A stretch of 64,000 nt of DNA from a bacterium (GTDB lineage Bacteria; Vulcanimicrobiota; Xenobia; Xenobiales; JADMJV01): contig JASBRJ010000049.1 of NCBI GenBank assembly GCA_030149525.1, positions 9,019-73,018 of the forward strand. The letters run 5' to 3'. Positions 56,403 to 64,000 of this stretch are shown one piece after another. Each line of letters opens with the position of its first letter. Within the stretch, counting starts at the first letter, position 1. The notes under the pieces are model-generated. The model did no database searches. It saw nothing but the letters and a program-made list of their open reading frames with translations, and had not been told where the DNA came from. The position numbers and the translations under genes are program-made.

Positions 56403-57963
56403 GGTGGCCTGCCAGTCTTAAGGCCAACGCCGCCACAGTCAAGGTCGGCGGCGCTGTTCCGCTGGTAGGAAAGACATGGCTTCCTACCAGATAGAGATTG
56501 CTATGCTCATGACTCTGAAGATTGCTGTCCACCACCGATGTCCTGGAATCGTGGCCCATTCGAGTGGTCCCCAGGTTGTAGGCGGGGTCGGCGGCCAGAG
56601 AGTGGGTCACAAGCTCTGCTTTGACGGCCTCCAACACTGTCTGGTGGAATCGCCCGGACTCTTCAACCCCACGGCGACTGTAAGGGCCTTCTTCAAAACG
56701 CACCGCCGGCCGTGGTAACCCCGCACTGTCCAACCATTTCCCTGCCAGGACAACACGGTTGGCCGGATGGGGAAGTTGCTCGCAGGTGCTTACCAGAGCC
56801 ACCTGTCGACTCACATGATCGACTACCGCCTCTTTCAGTTTCTTGCCTCGGAGCCCTTGGCGTATAAAGCTCGAAGCCACCTTCTCAGGACCGTACTGAG
56901 GCCATCCGTCGGTGGAAATCGTGGTCAGAAATCCTGCTCGTTCCCTGCGCGAATCTCCACTGCGATACTTCATACAGCCGGAGGTGGCCTGGGGTGCCCT
57001 GTAAGGGTAGACAGCCTTGGGCGACAGCCCCCAACTCAACTGAGCGGAGGCGCCCATAAGGTTTCTGCCCACCTGGTCCGATGAGTTCGAAAGCCCGGAG
57101 CGAAGCAAAAGACAAGCCGACTCCACGGCGTGGGCGGCCACCACGAACAGATTTGCCGAGTCCACGCCGGTCGCGCCATCCCCTGTCAGAAAGTGTAGTC
57201 GCTCGATGTTACCCGAGGGCCCTTTCTCCAGTCGAGTCACCAGAGTGCCGGCTCGAAGAGTCGCTCCTGCAGCAACGGCCATCTCCACATGAACTGAAGC
57301 ATCATATTTAGCTCCGATAGGACAGATGGGAATACAACTGGCGCTGCCACAACAACGAGGCCGTCCCGCGTATGGCACGGAGTTGCGAGCCTGAGGCAAA
57401 TCCACAAAAAGCTCCGAACCTCCGGGAACGGCTTCCTTGAAGAACCGATCCACCAGGGCCGTCTTGATAGCAGGCATGGGATAGTCTTGAGAGCGGGGCG
57501 AACCGAGCTCTCGATTGGAGTCACCGGACACTCCCAATTCTCTCTCAGCTAGACCGTACCAGGGCTCTAGCTCCTCATAGGTTAAGGGCCAATCCACGCC
57601 CACCCCAAATTCTGAACACATTCGAAAGTCCTCGGGCAAAAACCGCAAAGCCGTCCCCAGCCAGTGCCAGGTCGTACCGCCCACAAGCCTCTGGTAGACT
57701 CCCATGAAAAGCTCCGGCCCCTCCTGCCTCAGATGAGACTCCCAGTCGTCGATACGTGGGGCCGGAGCCAGAAGGCTTGGAGGATATGGAGAATCCAACC
57801 CTCGGTCTACGGAGGAACGAAATCTCTCCACGGCACGGGCTCTGTTGACCTGTGGTCCGGCTTCAAAAAGAACCACCTCATATCCGGCCTCCGCCAGTCG
57901 CCAGGCCACAAGAGCGCCGGCCACTCCCGCTCCCACGACAAGAACTTTTATGATGTTCCCCAA
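56359..57963 (-). CDS. GMC-family FAD oxidoreductase (glucose/sorbitol dehydrogenase large subunit-like)
   Basis: VVGAGVAG, VGGTTWHW, CCGSASCIPICP (Fe-S motif), VGRNLM, GTTRMG, PTLTVAALALR. Confidence 0.92.
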   Translation of the reverse strand: MGNIIKVLVVGAGVAGALVAWRLAEAGYEVVLFEAGPQVNRARAVERFRSSVDRGLDSPYPPSLLAPAPRIDDWESHLRQEGPELFMGVYQRLVGGTTWHWLGTALRFLPEDFRMCSEFGVGVDWPLTYEELEPWYGLAERELGVSGDSNRELGSPRSQDYPMPAIKTALVDRFFKEAVPGGSELFVDLPQARNSVPYAGRPRCCGSASCIPICPIGAKYDASVHVEMAVAAGATLRAGTLVTRLEKGPSGNIERLHFLTGDGATGVDSANLFVVAAHAVESACLLLRSGLSNSSDQVGRNLMGASAQLSWGLSPKAVYPYRAPQATSGCMKYRSGDSRRERAGFLTTISTDGWPQYGPEKVASSFIRQGLRGKKLKEAVVDHVSRQVALVSTCEQLPHPANRVVLAGKWLDSAGLPRPAVRFEEGPYSRRGVEESGRFHQTVLEAVKAELVTHSLAADPAYNLGTTRMGHDSRTSVVDSNLQSHEHSNLYLVGSHVFPTSGTAPPTLTVAALALRLAGHLTSREPSSLPVSSW

Positions 57964-58313
57964 TCGTTTCCGCAGTAGCTTGGCGGGCGAGTAAACCGGA
58001 GAGACTCCCAGGCTAAAGAAGTCTTAAAGGCCGTGCGTTCCGAGCCGGTGGTCGTCCCCCGCAGGCCCGTATACCACATCTCGGCGATCCGATTATGCCT
58101 CTCCTCCCTGTCGGCGGGCTCTACATCTTTTAGTGAGGCAAGGTAGCGCTGGGCAAGCTGTCTGTCTAGAGATTCTTTGGGAAATCCCGTAAGCTCGGCC
58201 GAGAGAGTTAAAAAAGACTCGATTTCAGGATCGTTCGGCACGGCTCGGGCCTGAGACAGACAGAATGCAACGGCTGCGAAACCGAGGAGGAGAAAATCAC
58301 GACGTGTGGTCAT
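57948..58313 (-). CDS. Tat-signal small subunit of the GMC dehydrogenase
   Basis: TTRRDFLLLG twin-arginine motif; FLTLSAELTG, WYTG, PPSYC. Confidence 0.85.
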   Translation of the reverse strand: MTTRRDFLLLGFAAVAFCLSQARAVPNDPEIESFLTLSAELTGFPKESLDRQLAQRYLASLKDVEPADREERHNRIAEMWYTGLRGTTTGSERTAFKTSLAWESLRFTRPPSYCGNDWGTS

Positions 58314-59455
58314 AGCATCGGCTTGATGGAGAATGCCTTGATAGGATCAGCGGGGCTTTCAGTGTCCACATCCACTCTCAAATCTACCGACATCCTGTAG
58401 GGCACCCAACGAAAAAACCAGCCTCTATCGAAGTCGTTGGGAATATCACCCGCTGTGGCCACGGGTTCTCCCTCCACTTCCAATGTGCTTCCGGTGACCA
58501 CGATGGTTCTATTGAAGCTGTCGAACTGAACTAGCGTGTCGCCGTACTTGAAAGCGTCCCCCTCCACCTTACCATCCCCTAAAACAAGCTTAGGCACCCC
58601 CACGGCGATCCCGTCTACACTCACAATACTCGGATTGTAAATGAAAGCAGAACCCGGCTTAGAGATGGCGACACCCGAGAGTTCCAACCCCTTAACCAGG
58701 AATTCAAAGGTGACGTCGTCTCGAGTGAATCGGCGCTTCGGGTCCATCTCGAAAGATGAGGTGTAGAAGACATGACTTATCCGCTTGCGCGGGTGACCTG
58801 CCTCTGCCAAAACCTTCCCTTGCTGTGTGAGACTCTGTCCTTGAACTCGCACTATCTGATCAGCCGACACTGTCACGAGAGTCCCCTGGGGAGAGGTATA
58901 GGTCTTACTGGCGGCAGTTAGAAGGTATGGGTAGGGTACCTCCGTCAGTTCACCCAGCTTCGCTCGAGCCTCTTCCAACGACTGTCCCAGGAGAACTCCG
59001 TCGACCTCGCACGCGCCCTTCTGGTAACGGGGAACCGCAGGCACCTCACTCTCTCGAACCGGGTCTCCGAAGCTCCAGAGATAGGAAGCAACAAAAACGC
59101 CAATCGCGAGCGAGATGTAGGCAAGGCACCCAAGGCAACAGCCGCCGTTCTTGAGGCGCAGAGAGGGAAGGAATTGCGCTGTTATGGGCAGACCGAGCGC
59201 TCCTACAGCAAGAAGTGACCCACTTATGGCACTCAACTGAAAAAAACCCACCCAGGCCAGGAACCCGAACAATCCTACAGCCAGCGGACACATGAGCAAA
59301 ATGAGAGCCCAGGACCGTTTGGAGGTGGGCATATCTAAATTCGTGAGTCCGGCTGTCCAACCAAATCCCATTTCGGGGAATCGGTATCCACACGAACAGT
59401 GGAGGGCGTAGACATCATGACTGCGAGTGCACTCGGGGCAAACCTTTTCATCCAT
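58310..59455 (-). CDS. Zn-ribbon membrane-anchored hypothetical protein
   Basis: CPEC...CSCG, three hydrophobic segments and a soluble C-terminus. Confidence 0.7.
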   Translation of the reverse strand: MDEKVCPECTRSHDVYALHCSCGYRFPEMGFGWTAGLTNLDMPTSKRSWALILLMCPLAVGLFGFLAWVGFFQLSAISGSLLAVGALGLPITAQFLPSLRLKNGGCCLGCLAYISLAIGVFVASYLWSFGDPVRESEVPAVPRYQKGACEVDGVLLGQSLEEARAKLGELTEVPYPYLLTAASKTYTSPQGTLVTVSADQIVRVQGQSLTQQGKVLAEAGHPRKRISHVFYTSSFEMDPKRRFTRDDVTFEFLVKGLELSGVAISKPGSAFIYNPSIVSVDGIAVGVPKLVLGDGKVEGDAFKYGDTLVQFDSFNRTIVVTGSTLEVEGEPVATAGDIPNDFDRGWFFRWVPYRMSVDLRVDVDTESPADPIKAFSIKPML

Positions 59456-59555
59456 CCATGATCTTTTCGCCCCTCAAACGAGTTTCCCCACGAAGACTTT
59501 TTGAGGTGCCGACCACCAGGGTGGAAGGCTCCTGTTATCGTACCCTGGTGGAACC

Positions 59556-60677
59556 GTGAGGACATCCTACCAATTGTGGCGCCAAGACGACAATGGCAAC
59601 GAATTTATGATTGAAACCTTTCTCTCCGAGAATGAAGCTGAAGAAGCCAAAAAAGAGTTCGAAGCTAGGGGCCATAAGCAGATGTATTGGGTCCGAGAAA
59701 AATCAGAATCTATCACTAGAGAGCGAGTGAGAGAGGGCCCCCAAGTCTTTCTCGGCGGACGCGATGAAGAAGCCCTCAGTCAACTGGTTTGTGAGGTTAT
59801 CTCCAACTCTATCGACGTCTTCTTGAGAGGGGAAGCCACCGAACTCGCTGTGGAGGTGGAGGGAGCCTGGTTTCGAGTCGTCGACAACGGCACCCACTTC
59901 TCTCGGACCCAGGCCAAAAAGTTTCTCACCACCTATCATCAGACGGCTGCCACCGATGCTCATAACCCGCACATTCGTATAGGCCAGGCTGGGGTTGGCC
60001 TTTTCCCGGTCAATTGTTGCTGCTCGCGTTTCGAGATCGAGAGTGAAGACGACGAGGGCGGGTGGCGACTCGTCTTTCGAGAGGGGATTCTGGAGTCGGA
60101 AGAGAGCATCGAACCGCCTGATCAGACCACCGTGACCGGTGTGGCCGACACCAAGCTCTTTGAGGCCTATGAGATCCCCGAATACCGACTCCGTCGTCTG
60201 CTCTTCGAGGGCGTTCATCTCTTTCCGGGTCTAAGTGTCACCTTCCAGGAAGAAAAATTCTATTCCGAAAACGGTCTTTCCGACTTAGCCGCCTTCGAAG
60301 CACAGTCCGACCTCACGTCTCTCAACCGTGATCTTTCCAAGAGACACTTCGGCTACAGCTACGCCGACGAGCATCTAAGTTTCACCTTCGCCTGCCGCGG
60401 TTCTGCAAGAGAAGAGACTCGCTTCATATCCTGGGTAAACGGTGGCTTGACCGGCATGGGCGGAAGCCATGTCGAAGGAGTCAAAGATGCGATCTACGGC
60501 TTGGAGTGGAAGCCTGCGGTCGCTTTGATCCATGTGGTTATGAGGGAACCTCTGTTCTGTGGCCCTGTCAAAGACGCCCTCAGCGTCCCTGGTCTTCAAG
60601 AAACGGTCCGGGACGCGCTCCTGGAACCGATTCAAGATTATATTTTGGAACAAGAAGACTCTGACTTGAAGGTTTGA
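59556..60677 (+). CDS. Small N-terminal domain fused to a GyrB/ParE ATPase-transducer fragment (no TOPRIM)
   Basis: EVISNSID, VVDNG, GQAGVGLFPVN, SWVNG..T..GGSH, PLFCGPVK. The protein ends after the transducer domain. Confidence 0.8.
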   Translation: MRTSYQLWRQDDNGNEFMIETFLSENEAEEAKKEFEARGHKQMYWVREKSESITRERVREGPQVFLGGRDEEALSQLVCEVISNSIDVFLRGEATELAVEVEGAWFRVVDNGTHFSRTQAKKFLTTYHQTAATDAHNPHIRIGQAGVGLFPVNCCCSRFEIESEDDEGGWRLVFREGILESEESIEPPDQTTVTGVADTKLFEAYEIPEYRLRRLLFEGVHLFPGLSVTFQEEKFYSENGLSDLAAFEAQSDLTSLNRDLSKRHFGYSYADEHLSFTFACRGSAREETRFISWVNGGLTGMGGSHVEGVKDAIYGLEWKPAVALIHVVMREPLFCGPVKDALSVPGLQETVRDALLEPIQDYILEQEDSDLKV

Positions 60678-60703
60678 GGCCGCTCGAACAAAACTAACAT
60701 GCA

Positions 60704-61588
60704 ATGAGAAACGACAAGACTATTGAGTTTCAAGGCCCTCGAGAAACGGATTCCGGGGACGGCCCTTCCGTCCTATGCCTCATGGTTTTGTCCGGGCCGG
60801 AGCAGGGGGCTGTCTATCAACTGGAAGAGGGTGAGATCATCGCCGGTCGCTCTCAGGAAGCCAAAATGCTCTTCTCTGAAGCCGGCGTAAGTCGCAAACA
60901 CGCTCGCTTCACCCTCAGCAACGGAGCTGTCACGGTGGAGGATCTCGGATCCACCAACGGCACCTTCGTCAACGGAACCAAAATCGTATCAGCCCAAGTC
61001 CAACCCGGCGACACCCTTGGGTTGGGCGGTCGTACCAGCATCCGTCTAAGCCTCATGGAAGAAAAAATGAGTCAGATCTTCGCGGAACTATATCGCGAAG
61101 CCGCCCTGGACCCGTCGGGTGTTCTCAACCTAAAAACTCTGAAACCGCGCCTGAAAGCCAGTCCGGATCATTCACTGGCCGTTGTAGAGATCGATCAGAG
61201 TGAACAGACTCGAGACCGGTTTGGTCATTCCACCGAGGAAGAGTTGGCCACCCATATCGCGAGTATTCTCAAAAACGACCTGGCCGACAAGGCCGTGGTG
61301 GGGCGACTGAGCGGCGAGAGCTTCCTGCTGAATCTTGAGTGTCGCGCCCTGGATACGGTGGATGTGCTGGACAGGGTTCGTCGAGCCATTGAGTTCAATC
61401 ATTTTCGTATCGATACGGCCAACGGCCCCGAATTCATCCGTATCACCATCAGTTGCGGAATCGCTGCCTTCGTTGAAAAAGAAGAGTACGAGGAGACCCT
61501 CAAGGCCGCCGAGGACGCACTCATGATGGCCAAGCAAATGGGTCGGAATCGAGTCCACCTCAGTGAACGACGAAAATTCGGACGGTAG
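60704..61588 (+). CDS. FHA + degenerate GGDEF domain protein
   Basis: IIAGRS, VSRKHA, DLGSTNGTFVNG (FHA); GRLSGESF in place of GG(D/E)EF; AKQMGRNRV. Confidence 0.85.
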   Translation: MRNDKTIEFQGPRETDSGDGPSVLCLMVLSGPEQGAVYQLEEGEIIAGRSQEAKMLFSEAGVSRKHARFTLSNGAVTVEDLGSTNGTFVNGTKIVSAQVQPGDTLGLGGRTSIRLSLMEEKMSQIFAELYREAALDPSGVLNLKTLKPRLKASPDHSLAVVEIDQSEQTRDRFGHSTEEELATHIASILKNDLADKAVVGRLSGESFLLNLECRALDTVDVLDRVRRAIEFNHFRIDTANGPEFIRITISCGIAAFVEKEEYEETLKAAEDALMMAKQMGRNRVHLSERRKFGR

Positions 61589-62186
61589 AAGTCGCTGCTG
61601 GTGGTGCTCCCAGTCTGAAGACTACCGAAATTACCACGATACCGAGTGGGGCTACCCTGTTACCGACGATCGGCGCCTCTTTGAAAAAATCTGTTTGGAA
61701 GGTTTTCAATCCGGACTCTCCTGGCTCACCATCCTCAGAAAGAGAGAGAACTTCCGAAAAGCTTTCTGTGATTTCGATTTTCATAAGGTAGCCCGGTTCG
61801 ACCAAGAAGACGTAGAGCGTCTGGTCCTCGACGCTGGGATAGTAAGGCACCGCAAAAAGATCGAGTCCACCATCAATAACGCTCAGCGGGCCCTGGAACT
61901 GCAGAAAGAGTTCGGCAGCCTGAGCAAATTTTTCTGGCAATTTGAACCCCCTGCCCGTGAGCGACCCGAAAAGGTTTCCAAATCTAGCATTCCCGCTCAA
62001 ACCCCAACTTCCAAGCGTCTGAGCCAGGAACTCAAAAAACGAGGCTGGAGCTTCGTGGGTCCTACCACGGCTTACGCCTTCATGCAAGCCATGGGATTGG
62101 TCAACGATCATGTGGAGGAGTGTTGCATCAGAATTCCGTGCATAGACGCTCGAAGTCGTCTTGCAGCTGAAACTCCCGGCGCTTAA
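61563..62186 (+). CDS. tag: DNA-3-methyladenine glycosylase I
   Basis: RCWW, YHDTEWG, LEGFQSGLSW, IVRHRKKI, FVGPTT, GLVNDH. Confidence 0.96.
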   Translation: MNDENSDGRSRCWWCSQSEDYRNYHDTEWGYPVTDDRRLFEKICLEGFQSGLSWLTILRKRENFRKAFCDFDFHKVARFDQEDVERLVLDAGIVRHRKKIESTINNAQRALELQKEFGSLSKFFWQFEPPARERPEKVSKSSIPAQTPTSKRLSQELKKRGWSFVGPTTAYAFMQAMGLVNDHVEECCIRIPCIDARSRLAAETPGA

Positions 62187-63405
62187 GACGCAATTTATCG
62201 GAGGCGTACTGAGCAGCCGCCACCCCGGCAAGACCCAGGAAAAGCGGATTGACCAGACTTAACCCCGTAAAGGTAAGCAAAGCCACCTTTTGAGGTGTCC
62301 CCTTCATCCCCAGGGTCAATCTCCTTCCCGTATCCTTGTCGGCCAAGGCAAAAAGTTTCTCCCGAATTCTTGCCCGAGCGTGCCGCTTCCGCTCTTCGTA
62401 TAGATTGCTGAGAGACAGATTCAAGCCGCTGAGATCTGTTCGTAAGCCCTCGGCACTGATAAGGAGAGTCAACCCGATAGAACCTCGAGACTCCAATTTC
62501 TCGGCACGGATAATGACGCCGTCTTTCACCCACTTGAGGTAGCTGGGCTGAGCGCAAAAGCCGGGCGACTCCACGGTCTCCTGGACGTTAGCGGTGAAGC
62601 AAGCCAGAGCTCCGCAAACCATGGCCTCGCCGAACACTGTCATCAACTCCCCGTCCAGGCGAGCCGACAACTCATCCTTCTCAGGCCTCCAATCCCGGTC
62701 TCTCAAGAAACGAAACTCTGGAAGATGAAGGGTCGGGTTCACCGGCAAAAGAGCGACGGGTGCAGTGTGAGAGGTGGCACCCCCGTTAGGATCGTTGGAA
62801 AAGCCGTTGATGGGGCGGCCGTCCAGAGTGATGGGAATGGGACAGGGATAAGCCAGGTTGCTCAACACTTTTCCGATCATGGCCGAGTCGATGAGACCGG
62901 AAGCCCCCAACGACCAGAAACTCCCGGACTTCCTGGCCGAGAACACTGTCAGTTCGAAACAGTCCACCGGGTAAGGAGAGGTCTCCGAATGAAAAGCCTC
63001 CCCGTCCCAAACCTGGGTGGTGCCGTCCGGATAGCGCAAAGCGAGAAGCTTATCGGCACTCCTGGCCAGGTATCGAACAGCTGCCGCCAGCGGCACCAGG
63101 GCCATATCTTGAGCCGAATCGGCCGAAAAAAGCGCGGCTGTTACCAGATCTTGCGTCCATCGCGATTGGCCCACGAAACGAAACGAACTCTCACTACCGG
63201 TGAGTTTGACCTGGAGAGACTCGCAGGCCGCCAGTACCGCAGCCTGAACAAGCTTGAGGACCCAGGCGTGCTCGAAAGGAAGTTGATAGGTGCTGAGCTT
63301 CTCCCAGGCTTTATCCCTATCTAACGTAAAGCGCCCTTCGGACTCCCAGGTGCCCTGATTGGCCAGGTTTTCGACCCATTGATAAATTTTAGACTGTTTG
63401 TGCAA
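62128..63405 (-). CDS. Hypothetical protein with a degenerate GHKL-like N-terminal region
   Basis: GRFTLDRDKA..KLSTYQL..WVLKLVQAAV (ELVQNA-like); C-terminal hydrophobic segment. Confidence 0.65.
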   Translation of the reverse strand: MHKQSKIYQWVENLANQGTWESEGRFTLDRDKAWEKLSTYQLPFEHAWVLKLVQAAVLAACESLQVKLTGSESSFRFVGQSRWTQDLVTAALFSADSAQDMALVPLAAAVRYLARSADKLLALRYPDGTTQVWDGEAFHSETSPYPVDCFELTVFSARKSGSFWSLGASGLIDSAMIGKVLSNLAYPCPIPITLDGRPINGFSNDPNGGATSHTAPVALLPVNPTLHLPEFRFLRDRDWRPEKDELSARLDGELMTVFGEAMVCGALACFTANVQETVESPGFCAQPSYLKWVKDGVIIRAEKLESRGSIGLTLLISAEGLRTDLSGLNLSLSNLYEERKRHARARIREKLFALADKDTGRRLTLGMKGTPQKVALLTFTGLSLVNPLFLGLAGVAAAQYASDKLRLKRREFQLQDDFERLCTEF

Positions 63406-63558
63406 TGCCCAAGAGATTTAAAGGTAGGCCGCTCCACAACCTGTCTGGCCTTTGCTCCAAGCAGCTCACCTTTTCAGGGTTTTTTCCATACCACTTGCTA
63501 GAGTCCGGGGTAAGACAACTATGCTCACCTTAATCCAAGAAAACATGGGATACAGGTC

Positions 63559-64000
63559 ATGCAAGTCACTCGCAAAACAAACACCACAGCAAGCTTCTTA
63601 GGGAAAGCGGCCACTCACAGCACCCCTCAAGACGCCTCTGCCTCAACGGCTCCCGTTGACACGGCAGAAATCGGTAGCTCAACCAAGGGCTTTTTCCGTC
63701 AAGGAGCCGAGATCATCGGCGGTGTGGCCAATGCAGCCCTGAACATTCCCAAAGCGGTCTTACCTGCGGTCGTGCTCGGCGGACTCAAAGGCTTGGACGA
63801 ACTCACTCCCGACAAAGAGTCTTTCAGCAACGAAACCATCGGTAAGTTCTATGCCTATGCGGGAGCGGCACAATCGGTTGCTATGGCAGGAGCTATGGGC
63901 ATCGTCGGGGGCCCCGTTGCCGCCGCCGGCATGGTGGTCATGGAAGCCCCCCGCGAAGCGGCCGGTCTTGCCACCTTCGTCAAAGGCGGTGGTGCCGAGC
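63559..64000 (+). CDS. Hypothetical protein, 3'-truncated by the window edge (absent from the ORF track)
   Basis: ATG 63559, MQVTRKTNTTASFLGKAATHSTPQDASASTAPVDTAEIGS..., open to the end of the window. Confidence 0.75.
   Translation, partial: MQVTRKTNTTASFLGKAATHSTPQDASASTAPVDTAEIGSSTKGFFRQGAEIIGGVANAALNIPKAVLPAVVLGGLKGLDELTPDKESFSNETIGKFYAYAGAAQSVAMAGAMGIVGGPVAAAGMVVMEAPREAAGLATFVKGGGAE

Noticed and set aside
59556-60677. Calling this gene gyrB or parE
   Set aside because: It is only 373 aa, lacks TOPRIM and the C-terminal domain, has an extra N-terminal module, and has no partner subunit nearby.

Overview
A gene-dense, moderately GC-rich bacterial chromosomal segment with about 60 CDS. No rRNA, tRNA, CRISPR array or transposase was found. 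The style of the hypothetical proteins suggests Eremiobacterota/Vulcanimicrobiota (class Xenobia), but this is an impression, not a search result. The ordinary content is a NarL-type two-component system with a GT2/YdjC/GNAT operon, an SLC12-type permease, an S8 protease, YfcC, penicillin acylase, a GS/ALDH/Fe-ADH operon, acyl-CoA dehydrogenase, a UvrD-like helicase, a GMC dehydrogenase pair and Tag glycosylase. The main points of interest are: (1) a pseudokinase - vWA - PurA-paralog operon in which the aspartate-binding loop of the PurA paralog is replaced; (2) a coupled operon of FHA/pseudo-histidine kinase, atypical receiver/HTH protein and Ser/Thr kinase-WD40; (3) a 158-bp MITE with CTAA target duplication inserted just after the catalytic Cys codon of arsC, a 69-bp relative at 47.8 kb, and a second unrelated TIR element at 21.3 kb; (4) a CMP-sugar synthetase / ComB phosphatase / U32-like / GT29-like locus; (5) a stand-alone GyrB ATPase-only fusion; (6) a PilX-like gene split by one in-frame TAG; (7) a Cys-less MsrA pseudo-domain; (8) small Cys/His-rich peptides, some mis-started or missed by the ORF track.
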